Assembly (NCBI GenBank): GCA_963845755.1
Contig: CAWJTV010000015.1
Location: 213,306 to 277,305, forward strand
Length of the DNA stretch: 64,000 bases
Source of the DNA: an uncultured Planctomycetota bacterium
Lineage (GTDB): Bacteria; Planctomycetota; Planctomycetia; Isosphaerales; Isosphaeraceae
Reading direction: 5' to 3'
The translations under genes and the position numbers were made by a program. Positions 62,918-64,000 of this stretch are shown here, in pieces (position 1 is the stretch's first letter; every line of letters starts with the position of its first letter). The notes under the pieces are model-generated. The model had not been told where the DNA came from and ran no database searches. It saw only the letters and a program-made list of their open reading frames with translations.

Positions 62918-64000
62918 TTCCGCTCTCCTCCACGTGAACCCCCAGAGATACCATTCCTATGGCACGATGCTACCATCTTGCCGAAGCGGAACGGCCTCGT
63001 CCATTCGGCCGCCCGACGCAATCGGACCATGAATAACGACGGTTCATCTGGGAGGGCTGGAGCAGCGACCCGTCCGCCGGCCTCCTCAGAGACCTCCCCG
63101 ACCGATGAGCGTGCCACAAATCGGCACAATGGGACATCTTTTTCAGAGATCGTCATCTCCGATCTCTTTTGCTGGAAGCCGCTTGCGACGATCAGGCGAA
63201 TCGGGCGGCGCGGTCCGGGGGTCAGCCTTGAGAGTGATCTGAGGTAGGTCATACTCTCAGGATGCCGCAACTTTTGGAAAACGTTAATGCACCTAGCGCG
63301 GATTTCGGCCAAGGGCCGCCCTAACTCCCAGCGCCAGCGGTAGATAAAAAATCCGAAATTATTCTTTGCCTGTTGTTTAGGGCCTGGTTCAGATCCCAGG
63401 TATTGTCGCCTTCCGGGAACGAGCCGCAAAACCGTTGGATTAGCCATAATCGAAAATGGAGACAGGAGTGGCCTGGTTGGGGTTGCGCTCGCCATTCCAT
63501 TCGCCTGGGACACGATCGAATTTCAACGGTTTCAGGTATGCTTAGCCTCGAACCGAAAGGATAGTCGGCGATACGTGCTCGAAGAATTTTTCTGTCTTCA
63601 GGGACAACCCTCTTGCAATCGGTTGCCTTGGGAGATACAACGCACATTCCAATATCACCAAGCCGATCTCGACCGCATGGGGGTTGCATTCCGATCGCCC
63701 CGATTGCCGCGGTGATCGCCGATCCTGACCCATCCGGATCCCGACCGACTCGGCCCGCTTGTCGTGCTGACTTTCGATGACGGTCTCTTGCGGCGTGGAA
63801 GACCCGCGCCGTGGATTGCCGCGCGTCCGCCCCGGAGGGAGCGGGCTCGCCGCCAGGGGATCTCGCGCCGCCGGACTTGCCGCGAACCATTCCCTTTCCC
63901 CGTCGGGAGGGGGTGGCGGAATGCCGGGCCAGGGGATCCCGAGGAGCCGCACCATGCCGCGCTACGACCGAGAGCGAAGACGCCGGGCCCTGAGTCTCAA

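Noticed and set aside
1..64000. Widespread frameshifts as programmed frameshifting or mass pseudogenisation
   Set aside because: They also hit mutM, BMC shell and metabolic genes without a pattern, typical of long-read indel error; this cannot be judged without reads
62920..64000. ORFs in the terminal ~1 kb
   Set aside because: No recognisable domains or consistent coding signal; treated as intergenic or unknown

Overview
High-GC bacterial DNA, most likely a planctomycete of the Isosphaeraceae/Singulisphaera type. The evidence is LEGRxLL-motif secreted proteins, a PVM microcompartment locus and large Ser/Thr kinases. Single-base frameshifts are frequent even in housekeeping genes (mutM, aldehyde dehydrogenase, BMC shell genes), so this looks like an unpolished long-read assembly and most frameshifts should not be read as real pseudogenes. 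Left ~23.5 kb: a DNA phosphorothioation (Dnd) defence island. It holds dndD(part)-dndC-dndB on the minus strand, three Uma2 nucleases sharing a repeated leader, dndA, a second degenerate dndB, an SBD-HNH nuclease and an SF2 helicase-HNH. These are followed by the most striking structure: a ~9.6 kb array of six 5'-truncated copies of the 3' end of the Dnd-associated putative methyltransferase gene. Each of the first five copies is followed by small toxin-antitoxin or defence cargo (aspartyl-protease pair, VapBC, Phd-PIN, Shedu-like DUF4263, RelE-like). Right ~40 kb: ordinary chromosome with fsr-like MFS, ROK kinase, histidine kinase, mutM, a PVM-type microcompartment operon, kinases and hydrolases. 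It also contains a phage-like zincin/Cys-protein pair and an apparently circularly permuted sugar-binding lipoprotein. All family assignments come from recognising motifs by eye; no searches were run.
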